From assembly GCA_965237955.1 (NCBI GenBank), contig OZ250169.1:5984001-6048000 (forward strand): a DNA stretch of 64,000 nucleotides, written 5' to 3'. Position 1 is the first letter of the stretch, and each line of letters opens with the position of its first letter. This stretch comes from Candidatus Marinacidobacterales bacterium (GTDB taxonomy: Bacteria; Acidobacteriota; Vicinamibacteria; Marinacidobacterales; SMYC01). The notes under the pieces are model-generated. The model was given only the letters and a program-made list of their open reading frames with translations, ran no database searches and was not told where the DNA came from. Positions 12,249 to 21,248 of the stretch are shown here, in pieces. The translations under genes and the position numbers were made by a program.

Positions 12249-12724
12249 GTGGTGAGACGGAATGGTTCCTTCCCTTTCTTGGATGCGTCATCGTTGTGCT
12301 CGTTCTGTTGCTTCTGCATTCGCGTATCGAGATGGAGCAGCGGCTCCAGCGCCGTCTCGACGAGTGGCGAACTAGTGAGCTCGAATCACGAGCGGCAGAG
12401 CTTCTCGAACGATGGAAGCTCGAGGCCGAACCGGATATTCGCCGCGACGCTGTCCGCCGCTCGCGGGCGGCGGTGACCGGCAAGGTCACCGAGCACCTCG
12501 TTCCGCTCATGGGCAAGTTTCCTTACAACCCCAAAGATGTGCGCTTTCTCGGAACGCCGGTCGATCTAGTCGTCTTCGACGGCATGGATGAAGACGATTT
12601 GAGCGAGATCGTGTTCGTCGAAGTCAAGACAGGCGCGTCGGCAAGTCTGAGTACGCGAGAAAGGCGCATTCGTGATGCCGTCCGCGCCGGCTGCGTTCGC
12701 TGGCACGAGCTTCGTATTGACTAG
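12245..12724 (+). CDS. Holliday junction resolvase-like endonuclease (Endonuc_Holl) with N-terminal TM segment
   Basis: RRDAVRRSRAAVTGKVTEHLVP...PKDVRFLGTPVDLVVFDG...FVEVKTG. Confidence 0.85.
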   Translation: MSGETEWFLPFLGCVIVVLVLLLLHSRIEMEQRLQRRLDEWRTSELESRAAELLERWKLEAEPDIRRDAVRRSRAAVTGKVTEHLVPLMGKFPYNPKDVRFLGTPVDLVVFDGMDEDDLSEIVFVEVKTGASASLSTRERRIRDAVRAGCVRWHELRID

Positions 12725-12727
12725 TGG

Positions 12728-12840
12728 CTAGCGCAAGCCCATGCGATCGAGAAGCGCCTGGAACCGAGGCTCGGATTTGAGATCGACGAGAAATATATCC
12801 GGAATTGCCTTCGCGTAGATCAGTAGAGGCATAGAAGGAA
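12728..12840 (-). pseudogene. Orphan C-terminal tail of a TPR/Ser-Thr kinase-type protein
   Basis: Reads FVDLKSEPRFQALLDRMGLR*. Confidence 0.5.
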
Positions 12841-12843
12841 TCT

Positions 12844-13284
12844 CTACCCTTTTCCCGAGCGTTCGCTCCGCGAAGCCGCCTCCTCGAGCAACCAAAGCGG
12901 GCCGACGAGGAGTTGTTCCAGGTTCTTGAAAAAGGCCGGCGACTTTTTTTCGTAAACGAAATGCCCGACGAATTGAAGGAGCCAGCCCCCCAGGAATCCA
13001 GCCCAGAGGATCGCGGTGGAGACCGCCGGCGCCACCACGAACGCGAGCGCAATGAACCCGGCAAACGGTAACGTCAGCTTCACGCTGAGCCGCAGGTCGT
13101 AGAGGACCGCCGCGACTGCCACTGGCACCGCCAGGCTGACCGGCCCCAGAGAAATCCGGGAAAGCAGTCCGACGAGCGTGACGATAATCAGCGGAACGCC
13201 GACGTAGTGAGTCATCTTGTTCGCCGGATGCCGATGATAGGCGCCGTAGTCCTCGAAAAGTTTGGAAAGCTCTGGACTCGCCAC
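12844..13284 (-). CDS. Mpo1/DUF962 family membrane protein
   Basis: YGAYHRHPANKMTHYVGVP...QFVGHFVYEKKSPAF...LLVGP. Confidence 0.88.
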   Translation of the reverse strand: MASPELSKLFEDYGAYHRHPANKMTHYVGVPLIIVTLVGLLSRISLGPVSLAVPVAVAAVLYDLRLSVKLTLPFAGFIALAFVVAPAVSTAILWAGFLGGWLLQFVGHFVYEKKSPAFFKNLEQLLVGPLWLLEEAASRSERSGKG

Positions 13285-13387
13285 AACTACCTATCGTCTC
13301 ACGGCGGGGGGACTTTCGACAAGAAGCCCCCGTGCTATGATGGCCCCCGGGAGCTCGAAGACGAGACGGTAGAGGAGGTTACCACTC

Positions 13388-13792
13388 ATGGCGAAGGATT
13401 CGGAGGTCGCAAACACGGAGGCACACATTCCCGGCATCGATTACGACCCCGGCGCTCGGGAACGCCCGGCCTCGTATTCGATGATCGAGCCGCGCCTGAA
13501 GAACATCTACGCGCAGTTCTACAAAGCGACGTATTTCTCCGACGACAAGGCTCTCGACGGGAAGACCCAGGAGCTGATTGCGCTCGGGTGCTCGCTAGTG
13601 GCGAAATGCGATGGATGCATCGAAGGACACATCAAGAAGGCACTGAAAGAAGGCGCGACCAAAGAGGAGATCAGCGAAGTGATCGTCATCGCCGTGGGCA
13701 TCAACGCTGCTGCCATCGTGGATATGACGGATAAGGCAGCGATCAATCTAGGGTTGGACCACTTCCCCTCCAAGGCCAAACGGAAGGACTAG
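13388..13792 (+). CDS. Carboxymuconolactone decarboxylase/AhpD family protein
   Basis: LDGKTQELIAL...CDGCIEGH...GATKEEI. Confidence 0.88.
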   Translation: MAKDSEVANTEAHIPGIDYDPGARERPASYSMIEPRLKNIYAQFYKATYFSDDKALDGKTQELIALGCSLVAKCDGCIEGHIKKALKEGATKEEISEVIVIAVGINAAAIVDMTDKAAINLGLDHFPSKAKRKD

Positions 13793-14622
13793 AACGTTTC
13801 CATCCAATCCGAGTAGCTCCCAAGGCGTTGAGCGAGAACGCCGAGGGACGCGGATGGTGTGACTCCCGCCTCGGTGATGATTCCCGCGAACAGCTGGGGC
13901 GGAGTCACTTCGAAGAGCGGCACCTCCGACGTGTCGGTAGGCTCGAGCTCGATAGCCTCGGTGCTCGAGACTTTGTCTTCAGCGCAAACCGCATACATGG
14001 CGATGTCCTCCTCACGCGCGGCCAACGCGAGAAGACGAGTTCCTACTTTGTTGACCACGGCTCCCGAGGGCAGTACCGCATCCGCACCAACGAGGATAAC
14101 CTCGACCTGGAAGTTGACGACCGCGGCCGCGATCGCCGCGTCTGGGACGAGCGTCACCCCAATCCCGGTCTCTCGCAATGTGTCAGCTACGACGCTCCCC
14201 TCGCCTCCGGGCCGTGACTCCGCGACGCCGACCCATGGCGGTCTCGCATGGAGAAGCGCGTCTGTGACCGTTTCCGAGCGGGACAGCGTAAAGACTCGTC
14301 GCTCTCGCACCAGCTCGCCTGCCTGTCGCGCAGCGCGCCCGTCGGCAGTCGCGGCACGCTCGATGGCAACGCGCGCCTCGCGCTCCGCGGCACCAACGTC
14401 GCCCCGCGCCGCGTGCATCGTCCGGTGGATCCGGTTCGCGATGACGACCATGGACGGTCTCACTCGCGCGAGCTCCCGCGCGAGAGTTGCGAGCTGGCCC
14501 CAGGTGCACTCATCCGAGCGCGCGCGTTGCCTCAGAATCTCGAGCGCCCGAATCGATAAATAGGTCGAGCCGCGGGTTCGATCTTGTGCGATCGCTTCGA
14601 CGGACCACCCGGATTCCGTCAC
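13789..14622 (-). CDS. eIF-2B/IF-2B family protein
   Basis: RPSM, TLSRS, AESRPGGEG, LVGADAV, VVNKVGT, FEVTP and ITEAG motifs. Confidence 0.85.
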   Translation of the reverse strand: MTESGWSVEAIAQDRTRGSTYLSIRALEILRQRARSDECTWGQLATLARELARVRPSMVVIANRIHRTMHAARGDVGAAEREARVAIERAATADGRAARQAGELVRERRVFTLSRSETVTDALLHARPPWVGVAESRPGGEGSVVADTLRETGIGVTLVPDAAIAAAVVNFQVEVILVGADAVLPSGAVVNKVGTRLLALAAREEDIAMYAVCAEDKVSSTEAIELEPTDTSEVPLFEVTPPQLFAGIITEAGVTPSASLGVLAQRLGSYSDWMETF

Positions 14623-15101
14623 GCTTTACCGAGGACCGCGACCAGCCGTTCCGCCTCGAGGCTTCCGATCAGAAACCTCTTGGTGCGAAAACCCGAGACC
14701 CGTTGCTCCTCCGCGAGCTCGAGGAGCACGCCCGTCGTCCCCCGGACCGTGTAGACTGATGTCGGCTCGCCGTCGAGTCGACCTGCGCGGATCCCCCAAC
14801 CCCCGAATTGCAAAATCGGGCGGTACGACACGACGCGCGCGCGCACGATATTGGTTATCGGCACCCGCTGTATCGGCCAACCGAGATGGCCGAACTCGGC
14901 TGTCAACATGTCTGCATCCATCCGAATAAGGAGTCGGCCGAACATCAGCGGTAGTAGAACGAGCGGCACGCCAATGACGGCCGGCACCCACGGCAGCGTT
15001 GGCACGGCAGCAGCCTGCGCCCACACGACTCCTGCCACGCCCAGCAGATACAGAAACTGTACGAGCGGGTGGAACGAAACCGTCTCCTCGTACCGAAACA
15101 T
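14619..15101 (-). CDS. Membrane protein (two TM helices plus FGGWGIR motif)
   Basis: 160-aa ORF coupled to the downstream gene by overlap. Confidence 0.7.
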   Translation of the reverse strand: MFRYEETVSFHPLVQFLYLLGVAGVVWAQAAAVPTLPWVPAVIGVPLVLLPLMFGRLLIRMDADMLTAEFGHLGWPIQRVPITNIVRARVVSYRPILQFGGWGIRAGRLDGEPTSVYTVRGTTGVLLELAEEQRVSGFRTKRFLIGSLEAERLVAVLGKA

Positions 15102-15144
15102 GGGTCTGCGGACGGCTACGCCATCAGCCGTCGGCCGTCGGCCA

Positions 15145-17205
15145 TCAGCTTCCCTTGCGCTTCCCGTTCAGCAATCCCGCCATGAGGCTTTCGAATTGCG
15201 GGAACAACAACGCCTGAGGCCCATCGCTGAGCGCTTTTTCCGGCTCGGGATGGATCTCGACCATGATCGCATGAGCACCCACCGTCTTGCTCGCGAGGGC
15301 CAGCGGCGCCACGAGGTCGCGCTTGCCGGCGGCGTGCGACGGGTCAACGATCACCGGGAGGTGCGTCCGACCGCGCAGAACGGGAACGGCGCTCAAGTCG
15401 AGCGTGTTCCGGGTGGCGGTCTCGAACGTTCGAATCCCTCGCTCGCACAAAAACACTTGCTGGTTCCCGCCGGCGAGAATGTACTCGGCTGCCTGGAGCA
15501 GCTCGTCCAGGGATGAGCTCATGCCCCGCTTCAGCATGACCGGCCGACGCACGCGCCCCACTTCCGAAAGCAGCGAGAAGTTCTGCATGTTGCGCGCGCC
15601 AATTTGAAGGATGTCCGCCTTCTCGGCCACGCGCGCCACGTCGTCGGGTGACAGGACTTCGGTGACCACGGGAAGGTCGTACTTCCGCCCGGCCTCGACG
15701 AGCATGTCGAGGCCCTCGTAGCCCAGTCCCTGAAAGCTGTACGGCGACGTGCGCGGCTTGAAACATCCGCCCCGCAGGATCAGCCCACCGTGCTCCTTGA
15801 CCTCGCGTGCGCATGCCATGATCTGGTCCATCGATTCGACCGCGCATGGCCCGGCAATGACGACGAGGTCGTCGCCCCCGAGTCGTGCACCCTTCACTTC
15901 GATGACGGTGTCCTCGGACTTGTACTCGCGACTCGCGAGCCGGTACCCAGATGCTTTCCGTTTGTCGTGAACGGGTTTGAATACCGGTTCCGCCGCGCTT
16001 TCCGCTTCGCCATCGGCCTGGGGCGCGACGCTACCCCGCCCCGACATTGGTGCGCGCAAGTCCTGCGACGGGTAGCAACCCAAGACTTTGATGAAACGCA
16101 CGCTCCGGGTCACTTCGTCCAGCCCATTTTGAATCTTCTCGTCCGCTAGGTTCCCTTCGAAGTCGAGATAGAACATCTCCTCCCAAGGATTTTCGAGAAT
16201 CGGCCGCGATTCGAGCTTGGTGAGGTTGATGCCGTGGTCGCGGAAAACGAGGAGCGTCTCGAGAAGCGAACCGGGCTGGTTTCCGGTCATCATGACGATC
16301 GACGTTTTGCACGGGATACGAGGATCCACCTCGATGGCTTTCCTGGACGCGACGAGAAAGCGGGTGAAGTTGGCGCTCTGATTCGAGATCCCGCGCTCGA
16401 CAACGCTGAGCCCGTAGAGGCGGGCCGCCTCTGCGCTGGCAATAGCGGCCTGAGTCGCATTCCCGTCCTCGATAATTTTCTTCCCCGAAAGCGCGGTGTC
16501 GGTGAAGTACTCGATCTTCAAGTGAGGGAGCTCGGCGAGGAAGTCACTGCACTGGAGCACCGTTTGCGGGTGGCAGTAGATGGTTCGGATACTTGAAAGG
16601 CTCGCGTCCGGCAAGCCGAGCAGGCAGTGCTCGACTTTGAACTTGACCTCCCCCACGATCGAGAGCTGCGCGTGGAGCAACAGGTCGTAGACGTCGTTGA
16701 TCCCGCCCGATGTCGTGTTCTCGATCGGGAGAATGGCGAGGTCGGCCTTCCCCTTCTCGACTGCATCGACGACGTCTTTGAATTGGGAGCGCCCCAGGTA
16801 GAATATGCTCGCGCCCTTTCGCGAGAAATATTCCTGTGCGGCGAGATGGCTGTAAGAGCCTTCGATGCCCTGGAACGCGACACGGATGACGCCGGGACCT
16901 TCGTTGGCTTTTTCCTGGTAGTACTCCTGCTGAACCCGGATCGAATCGTCGACAACGTCCTGGAAGACGCTGGTGACGTAGTGAGAGTCCAGCCCTAGCT
17001 TTTGGCCGAGCTGAATGCGGTCCGCCAGAAGCTCTTGTTCGCGGTTTTCGTCGCGAAACCAATCGGGCCCTACTTCCTTGGCCTTCGCGGCTTCGATACT
17101 ACGTTTGCGACGCTCGCCCAACAGGGTGAGCAGCTCTTTGTCGAGCGCGTCGATGTCTGTTCGAATCTCGCGGATGTCTCGACCGCGCGCCTTGTCATTA
17201 GACAT
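15145..17205 (-). CDS. pheA-aroF: Trifunctional chorismate mutase / prephenate dehydratase (ACT) / DAHP synthase
   Basis: AroQ (IRTDIDALD, RDENRE), PDT (PIENTTSG, CHPQ, TRF, KLESRP) and DAHPS (IAGPCAVES, KPRTSPYSFQG, CERGIRTFE, DPSH) motifs. Confidence 0.93.
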   Translation of the reverse strand: MSNDKARGRDIREIRTDIDALDKELLTLLGERRKRSIEAAKAKEVGPDWFRDENREQELLADRIQLGQKLGLDSHYVTSVFQDVVDDSIRVQQEYYQEKANEGPGVIRVAFQGIEGSYSHLAAQEYFSRKGASIFYLGRSQFKDVVDAVEKGKADLAILPIENTTSGGINDVYDLLLHAQLSIVGEVKFKVEHCLLGLPDASLSSIRTIYCHPQTVLQCSDFLAELPHLKIEYFTDTALSGKKIIEDGNATQAAIASAEAARLYGLSVVERGISNQSANFTRFLVASRKAIEVDPRIPCKTSIVMMTGNQPGSLLETLLVFRDHGINLTKLESRPILENPWEEMFYLDFEGNLADEKIQNGLDEVTRSVRFIKVLGCYPSQDLRAPMSGRGSVAPQADGEAESAAEPVFKPVHDKRKASGYRLASREYKSEDTVIEVKGARLGGDDLVVIAGPCAVESMDQIMACAREVKEHGGLILRGGCFKPRTSPYSFQGLGYEGLDMLVEAGRKYDLPVVTEVLSPDDVARVAEKADILQIGARNMQNFSLLSEVGRVRRPVMLKRGMSSSLDELLQAAEYILAGGNQQVFLCERGIRTFETATRNTLDLSAVPVLRGRTHLPVIVDPSHAAGKRDLVAPLALASKTVGAHAIMVEIHPEPEKALSDGPQALLFPQFESLMAGLLNGKRKGS

Positions 17206-17285
17206 TTTCTTTCCTCTTCTTTAGGGGTCGCCAATAAACCAATATCGGAAAAACGTAGGGGCGGGGTGGTGTAATAGTAGGCGCG

Positions 17286-17354
17286 CTAGGCGCCGAAATA
17301 GAAAAAGAAAGCGGCGCGGAAGGTAGGACGTGTTTTGACGCTCACCACTCTCAT
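17286..17354 (-). promoter_or_regulatory. Phe/Tyr-rich leader peptide MRVVSVKTRPTFRAAFFFYFGA
   Basis: 22-codon ORF with an FFFYF run, ending 80 nt upstream of pheA-aroF. Confidence 0.7.
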
Positions 17355-17546
17355 CTTCTCTAATCCAGAGTTCAGATTGTCCTTCAAAAATCGTACGGCG
17401 TCAAGCCACCCCGTACGAATTTCGGATGATTGCCAGCCGATGAACTCGGGCGCCGAGTTACGCAACTTTAGCGTTTTCAACTACTTGAGATTTTGCGCGC
17501 CGTGTCACGCTTTCTGCAAAAGCGTTCTCCGAAAAGGAGATTTACC

Positions 17547-18011
17547 ATGAGAACGACAAGCAAGACTACAGGCGTTGCGGTCTTCCTGCTCGGCGTCATG
17601 GTGAGCTCGTCGGTGCTGGCAAGGCAGAACGGGAAATTCCTCGCCCGGAGTATCAACATGCCGGTCGAGCTCAGATTGTGTGAGCACCTGGAGGACGCGA
17701 TCTTGTACGAGAACGACTTGCCGACATCGGCCATGCCAGCGGAGCGGACCTTCCAATTCACCTACTACCCCGACCTCGGGGTCCTCTTGCCCGAGCAAGT
17801 ACGTGTCGAGGTGGCGGGAAAGTACAAAGAGGACGACGAGCCCTTCGTCACACGGTTGGCGGTCACGATCGACGATGCCGCCGGCACGCGCGAGCAAGCC
17901 AAGAAAAGCCCAAAGCTCGACATCCGCCTGGAGCCAAAGTCCCTCGTCTTCGCGTGCGAACGATACTGCAAGCGACTCGCTCCCGTGCCCCATACCTCTA
18001 CGGAGCAATAG
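17547..18011 (+). CDS. Secreted hypothetical protein, paralog 1
   Basis: SD AGGAG and signal peptide; close paralog of 18320-18808. Confidence 0.75.
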   Translation: MRTTSKTTGVAVFLLGVMVSSSVLARQNGKFLARSINMPVELRLCEHLEDAILYENDLPTSAMPAERTFQFTYYPDLGVLLPEQVRVEVAGKYKEDDEPFVTRLAVTIDDAAGTREQAKKSPKLDIRLEPKSLVFACERYCKRLAPVPHTSTEQ

Positions 18012-18020
18012 AAAAAAAGA

Positions 18021-18148
18021 CAACGCAAAGTCGCAAGGGCGCGAGGGCGCAAAGTGAGGCGCCTTCGGCGCTGATTCTCTCTTTGCGTCTTTGCGTTGAA
18101 AAAACAGGCCGTTGCTTTTCTCTGCGCCCTCTCCGTTCTCTGCGGTGA
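18021..18148. repeat. Intergenic palindromic element with 8-9-nt periodic repeats
   Basis: CAACGCAAAGTCGCAAGG (18021-38) pairs 16/18 with CTTTGCGTCTTTGCGTTG (18081-98); inner cUUCGg hairpin at 18059-71; CTCTGCG-type repeats at 18118-48. Confidence 0.65.
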
Positions 18149-18268
18149 TCCTGTGTATCGTTACGGAGGCGCTACAGTTTTCGTAGTGTCGCCGGCGCGG
18201 ATACAGTTCGGGTCGAGTTGGATTCGCGCAACTCCCCTTTCTGCACTCATTTAAATCTTCCGTTCTCG

Positions 18269-18283
18269 TGGCACGGTTCATGC
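18269..18283 (+). promoter_or_regulatory. sigma54 (-24/-12) promoter of paralog 2
   Basis: TGGCACG-GTTC-ATGC; degenerate equivalent TGTCACG-CTTT-CTGC at 17503-17517 before paralog 1. Confidence 0.6.
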
Positions 18284-18319
18284 CTTCGTTCGTCTACACA
18301 AGAAAGAAGGAGAGTTGCC

Positions 18320-18808
18320 ATGAGAACGACAAGAAGGACACGGGGGCTTTGGATCTTGATGCTCGGCGTCATGGTGAGCTCTTTGGCCGACGCGGAGCAG
18401 AAGAGGAAACTACTCAACCGCAGTATCTACATGCCAGTGGAGTTCCGACTGTGCGAACATCTCGACAGTGCCATCTTCTACGAGAACGATCTCCCCACGT
18501 CGACGATGCCCGCAAAGCGGATCTTCCAGTTCACGTACTATCCCGATCTCGGTGTCGTGCTTCCCGAACAAGTGCCGGTCCGCGTCGAGGGCGCCTACAA
18601 GGAAGACGACGAACCCTTCGTCGCAAAATTGGCAGTCACCGTCGACGGCATTCACACCGCAAGGCGCTTCCGCTCGGCCGGCACCAAGGAGCAGGTCGAA
18701 AAAAAGCTCCACAAAGTCGACATCCGCCTGAAGCCGAAAGCACTGAAGCTCAAGTGCAAGCGCTACTGCACCAAACGTGTCACGACCGTAGCCGCAAACG
18801 ACCCGTGA
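18320..18808 (+). CDS. Secreted hypothetical protein, paralog 2
   Basis: SD AAGGAG and signal peptide; shares RSI.MPVE.RLCEHL..AI.YENDLPTS.MPA.R.FQFTYYPDLGV with paralog 1. Confidence 0.78.
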   Translation: MRTTRRTRGLWILMLGVMVSSLADAEQKRKLLNRSIYMPVEFRLCEHLDSAIFYENDLPTSTMPAKRIFQFTYYPDLGVVLPEQVPVRVEGAYKEDDEPFVAKLAVTVDGIHTARRFRSAGTKEQVEKKLHKVDIRLKPKALKLKCKRYCTKRVTTVAANDP

Positions 18809-18841
18809 CAGAGCCGATGGCAACACCGCTCGCGCGCTGGA

Positions 18842-19699
18842 TCAGTACAAAAGGCGCGCGAGCTTAGTTCTATAATCATCCGCCAGCTCGCTGCGGACAC
18901 CGATCACGTGGAAGATGTCGACCATCATCGTCTTCGCTTTTCCCTTGGCGAGATCGCGGTCGAGCTCGGCTGCTCGCAGAAGCGACTCGAGCGCTTCGGG
19001 GTATCGTTTTTCGGCGGCGAGGAGCTGGCCGATCTGGAGTAGCACGCTCCCCTGCTTGGGATTTCCTTCGAGTTGTCGTCGTAGCTGGTCTTCGGTCACA
19101 TCGGGGCTCAGCCCATGAAGCGAAAGTCCCGAACGTAAGTGCTCGAGACGCTCCGCATGCGTTCCGGAAGGCGGCCAAAGCCTGTCAACGATGGTGCGGA
19201 CCTCGTCATCCACACCTTTGGCCAACAACACTTCCGCCAGCCCAATACTCGCGCCGTCATGATCAGGGCTCGTCTTGAGGACCTTCCGGTAAAGAGAGAC
19301 GGCTTGGTCCGGGTCATCGGCTTGCAACTTATCGGCGCGCTCCACCATAAGCTCGATCTCCGAAGGCGACAAACGCGCTAGAAACTCCCGTACTGATTCT
19401 TCCGGGAGCGCCCCGGAAAACTCATCGGCGGGCTCGCCGTTCTTGAACGCGATCACGGTCGGTATGCTGCGGATGCCGAAAACTTGAGCGAGTTGTTGGG
19501 CTTGGTCGGTGTTCACTTTTGCGAGCAGAAACTTGCCGTTGTATTCGGCTGCGAGCTTCTCGAGCGTCGGTCCGAGAACTTTATAAGGACCACACCACTC
19601 CGCCCAGAAATCGACGACCACGGGAAGCTCGTGCGAGCGTTTCAGCACTTCCTTCTCGAACGTTTGATCGGTGACGTCGACAACCCATTCCGCGCTCAA
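18842..19699 (-). CDS. cnoX: Thioredoxin-TPR chaperedoxin (CnoX/YbbN-like); active site reads WCGPY
   Basis: VVVDFWAEWCGPYK, IRSIPTV and C-terminal YRTKLARLLY; probable TTG start at 19699. Confidence 0.88.
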   Translation of the reverse strand: MSAEWVVDVTDQTFEKEVLKRSHELPVVVDFWAEWCGPYKVLGPTLEKLAAEYNGKFLLAKVNTDQAQQLAQVFGIRSIPTVIAFKNGEPADEFSGALPEESVREFLARLSPSEIELMVERADKLQADDPDQAVSLYRKVLKTSPDHDGASIGLAEVLLAKGVDDEVRTIVDRLWPPSGTHAERLEHLRSGLSLHGLSPDVTEDQLRRQLEGNPKQGSVLLQIGQLLAAEKRYPEALESLLRAAELDRDLAKGKAKTMMVDIFHVIGVRSELADDYRTKLARLLY

Positions 19700-19721
19700 A
19701 TTTCCTCCTCTAACCTCTATG

Positions 19722-20831
19722 TCACCGTGCAAGCTCGAACACGCCGAGCGTTTGTCCGGCTGGGTCCGGCTGAAATCGCTCCACGCTCTCGAGCGCTTTT
19801 TTCCCGGCGGCGTCGACTTCCGCTTCGACCTCGCGTTCAGCTTGCTCCAACACTTCGTAGTTCGAGAGCGTTTCGGACAAGGATAGCTCCGCCTCCCCCA
19901 AGTAGGCCTCGTACATGCCTACCGGATCCCTCTTGCCCCAGTAGACGAAGTCCTCGTCGGGAAGGATCTTGCGCGACTCGCCCTCGTCGTGGGTCGCGTG
20001 TCCGCCCATGCGGAACGTCTTCGCGGTGATCACCACCGGCCCCTTGCCGAGACGAGCGAGCTCGCCGGCAAGCGCGGTCGTGGCGTAGACGTCGAGGACG
20101 TTGTTTCCGTCGCAGACGTACTTCGTCGCTGCGTAGATCGTGGCGACGCTGTCCATCGGGGCAGCACTGTGCTGCGCCCGCGGCGTTCCGAGCGCTATGT
20201 GATTGTCCTGCACGAAGACCAGCAACGGAAGCGAGAGCGCCTTGGCGCACATGACACCCTCGTGAAACGCCGTGGTGCGGGTACTACCGTTCCCCACCCA
20301 CGTGAGCGCGATGTTGTCTTTGTTCTGGATCTTGAAGGAAAGCGCAATCCCCGCGAGAACGGGCACGAGCGAGCCCACCATACTGATGGGCGAGACCACG
20401 CCCTTCGACAGATCGCCGAAGTGTAGGTCGCGTCCCGCGGTGGGAGAGTCCGCGGTACCCAAATACGCCCGCAGCACGTCGACGAGCGGCATTCCCATCT
20501 CGTGGCACGCGCCAGCGTTACGGATCATTGGACCGACGACATCACCTTTCTGAAGAGCGTGCACCGCACCCACGGTAGTCGCTTCCTCACCGGTTCCGAG
20601 CCATGCCTTCGAGATCACACCTTGCCGTACCCATCGCTTCAGCGCGATGTCGTGAAGTCGATTGCGGACGAGCCCTTTGTAGAGGGCCACGTGTTGCATG
20701 GGCGTGAGCGCCGCGACGACGCTCTTGCGGATGGGGTCTTGCGACACCCGCGCGCGGAACTCCGCCATCACCGATGGTTCGGGCGTCCAACTTTGGTACT
20801 CGGGCGGATCGTAGGCAGCGTAGCGTTTCAT
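19722..20831 (-). CDS. TPP-dependent 2-oxoacid dehydrogenase E1 alpha subunit
   Basis: GTGEEA, GRDLH and RMGGHATHD motifs; TPP motif reads GNG...DN rather than GDG. Confidence 0.88.
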   Translation of the reverse strand: MKRYAAYDPPEYQSWTPEPSVMAEFRARVSQDPIRKSVVAALTPMQHVALYKGLVRNRLHDIALKRWVRQGVISKAWLGTGEEATTVGAVHALQKGDVVGPMIRNAGACHEMGMPLVDVLRAYLGTADSPTAGRDLHFGDLSKGVVSPISMVGSLVPVLAGIALSFKIQNKDNIALTWVGNGSTRTTAFHEGVMCAKALSLPLLVFVQDNHIALGTPRAQHSAAPMDSVATIYAATKYVCDGNNVLDVYATTALAGELARLGKGPVVITAKTFRMGGHATHDEGESRKILPDEDFVYWGKRDPVGMYEAYLGEAELSLSETLSNYEVLEQAEREVEAEVDAAGKKALESVERFQPDPAGQTLGVFELAR

Positions 20832-20850
20832 GCAGGTGCGAGGTTCTTCG
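20714..20850. repeat. 137-bp direct repeat, copy A (5' end of E1-alpha)
   Basis: Matches 27007-27143 with 4 mismatches. Confidence 0.92.
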
Positions 20851-21073
20851 AGCCGTCGGCATTCATGATCCACAGAGCCGTCTCCCAACGGTCGTGGATC
20901 GCGTCGACCCAACGGCGCTCGTAGACGATCTGTTTGCCGTCGGGCGAAAGCTGCGGGCGAGCGACGTCTTCCCAGTCCAGGTAACGATCGACGGTGAGTC
21001 GGTTCTTGGCTGGCGCAGCCAGAGCAGAGCCAGCGAACAAAACGAGCGAAAGCGCGAGCAGACGGACGCGCAT
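20828..21073 (-). pseudogene. N-terminus of an S9 (prolyl oligopeptidase-like) peptidase, truncated
   Basis: Signal peptide plus LTVDRYLDWEDVARPQLSPDGKQIVY...WIMNADGSK, joined to a borrowed LAPA* tail. Confidence 0.75.
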
Positions 21074-21248
21074 GATTCCCTCCCAGGAGGGTTCAGTCTA
21101 CGTATTACAGAACGCCGTGCAAGCTCCTGCCCTTGACTCGGCGAAAGACTCCCCTCCTTTACTGCGACGCCGTAGCGGCAGATAGCGAGTTCGAAGGGGG
21201 GTACCAGCCCCCCCATGGGCAAGACAGCTCCCGACCACCTCGGGACTC

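Noticed and set aside
15120-15150. Heptamer run GCCATCA-GCCGTCG-GCCGTCG-GCCATCA
   Set aside because: Too short to support a function; a common intergenic microrepeat.
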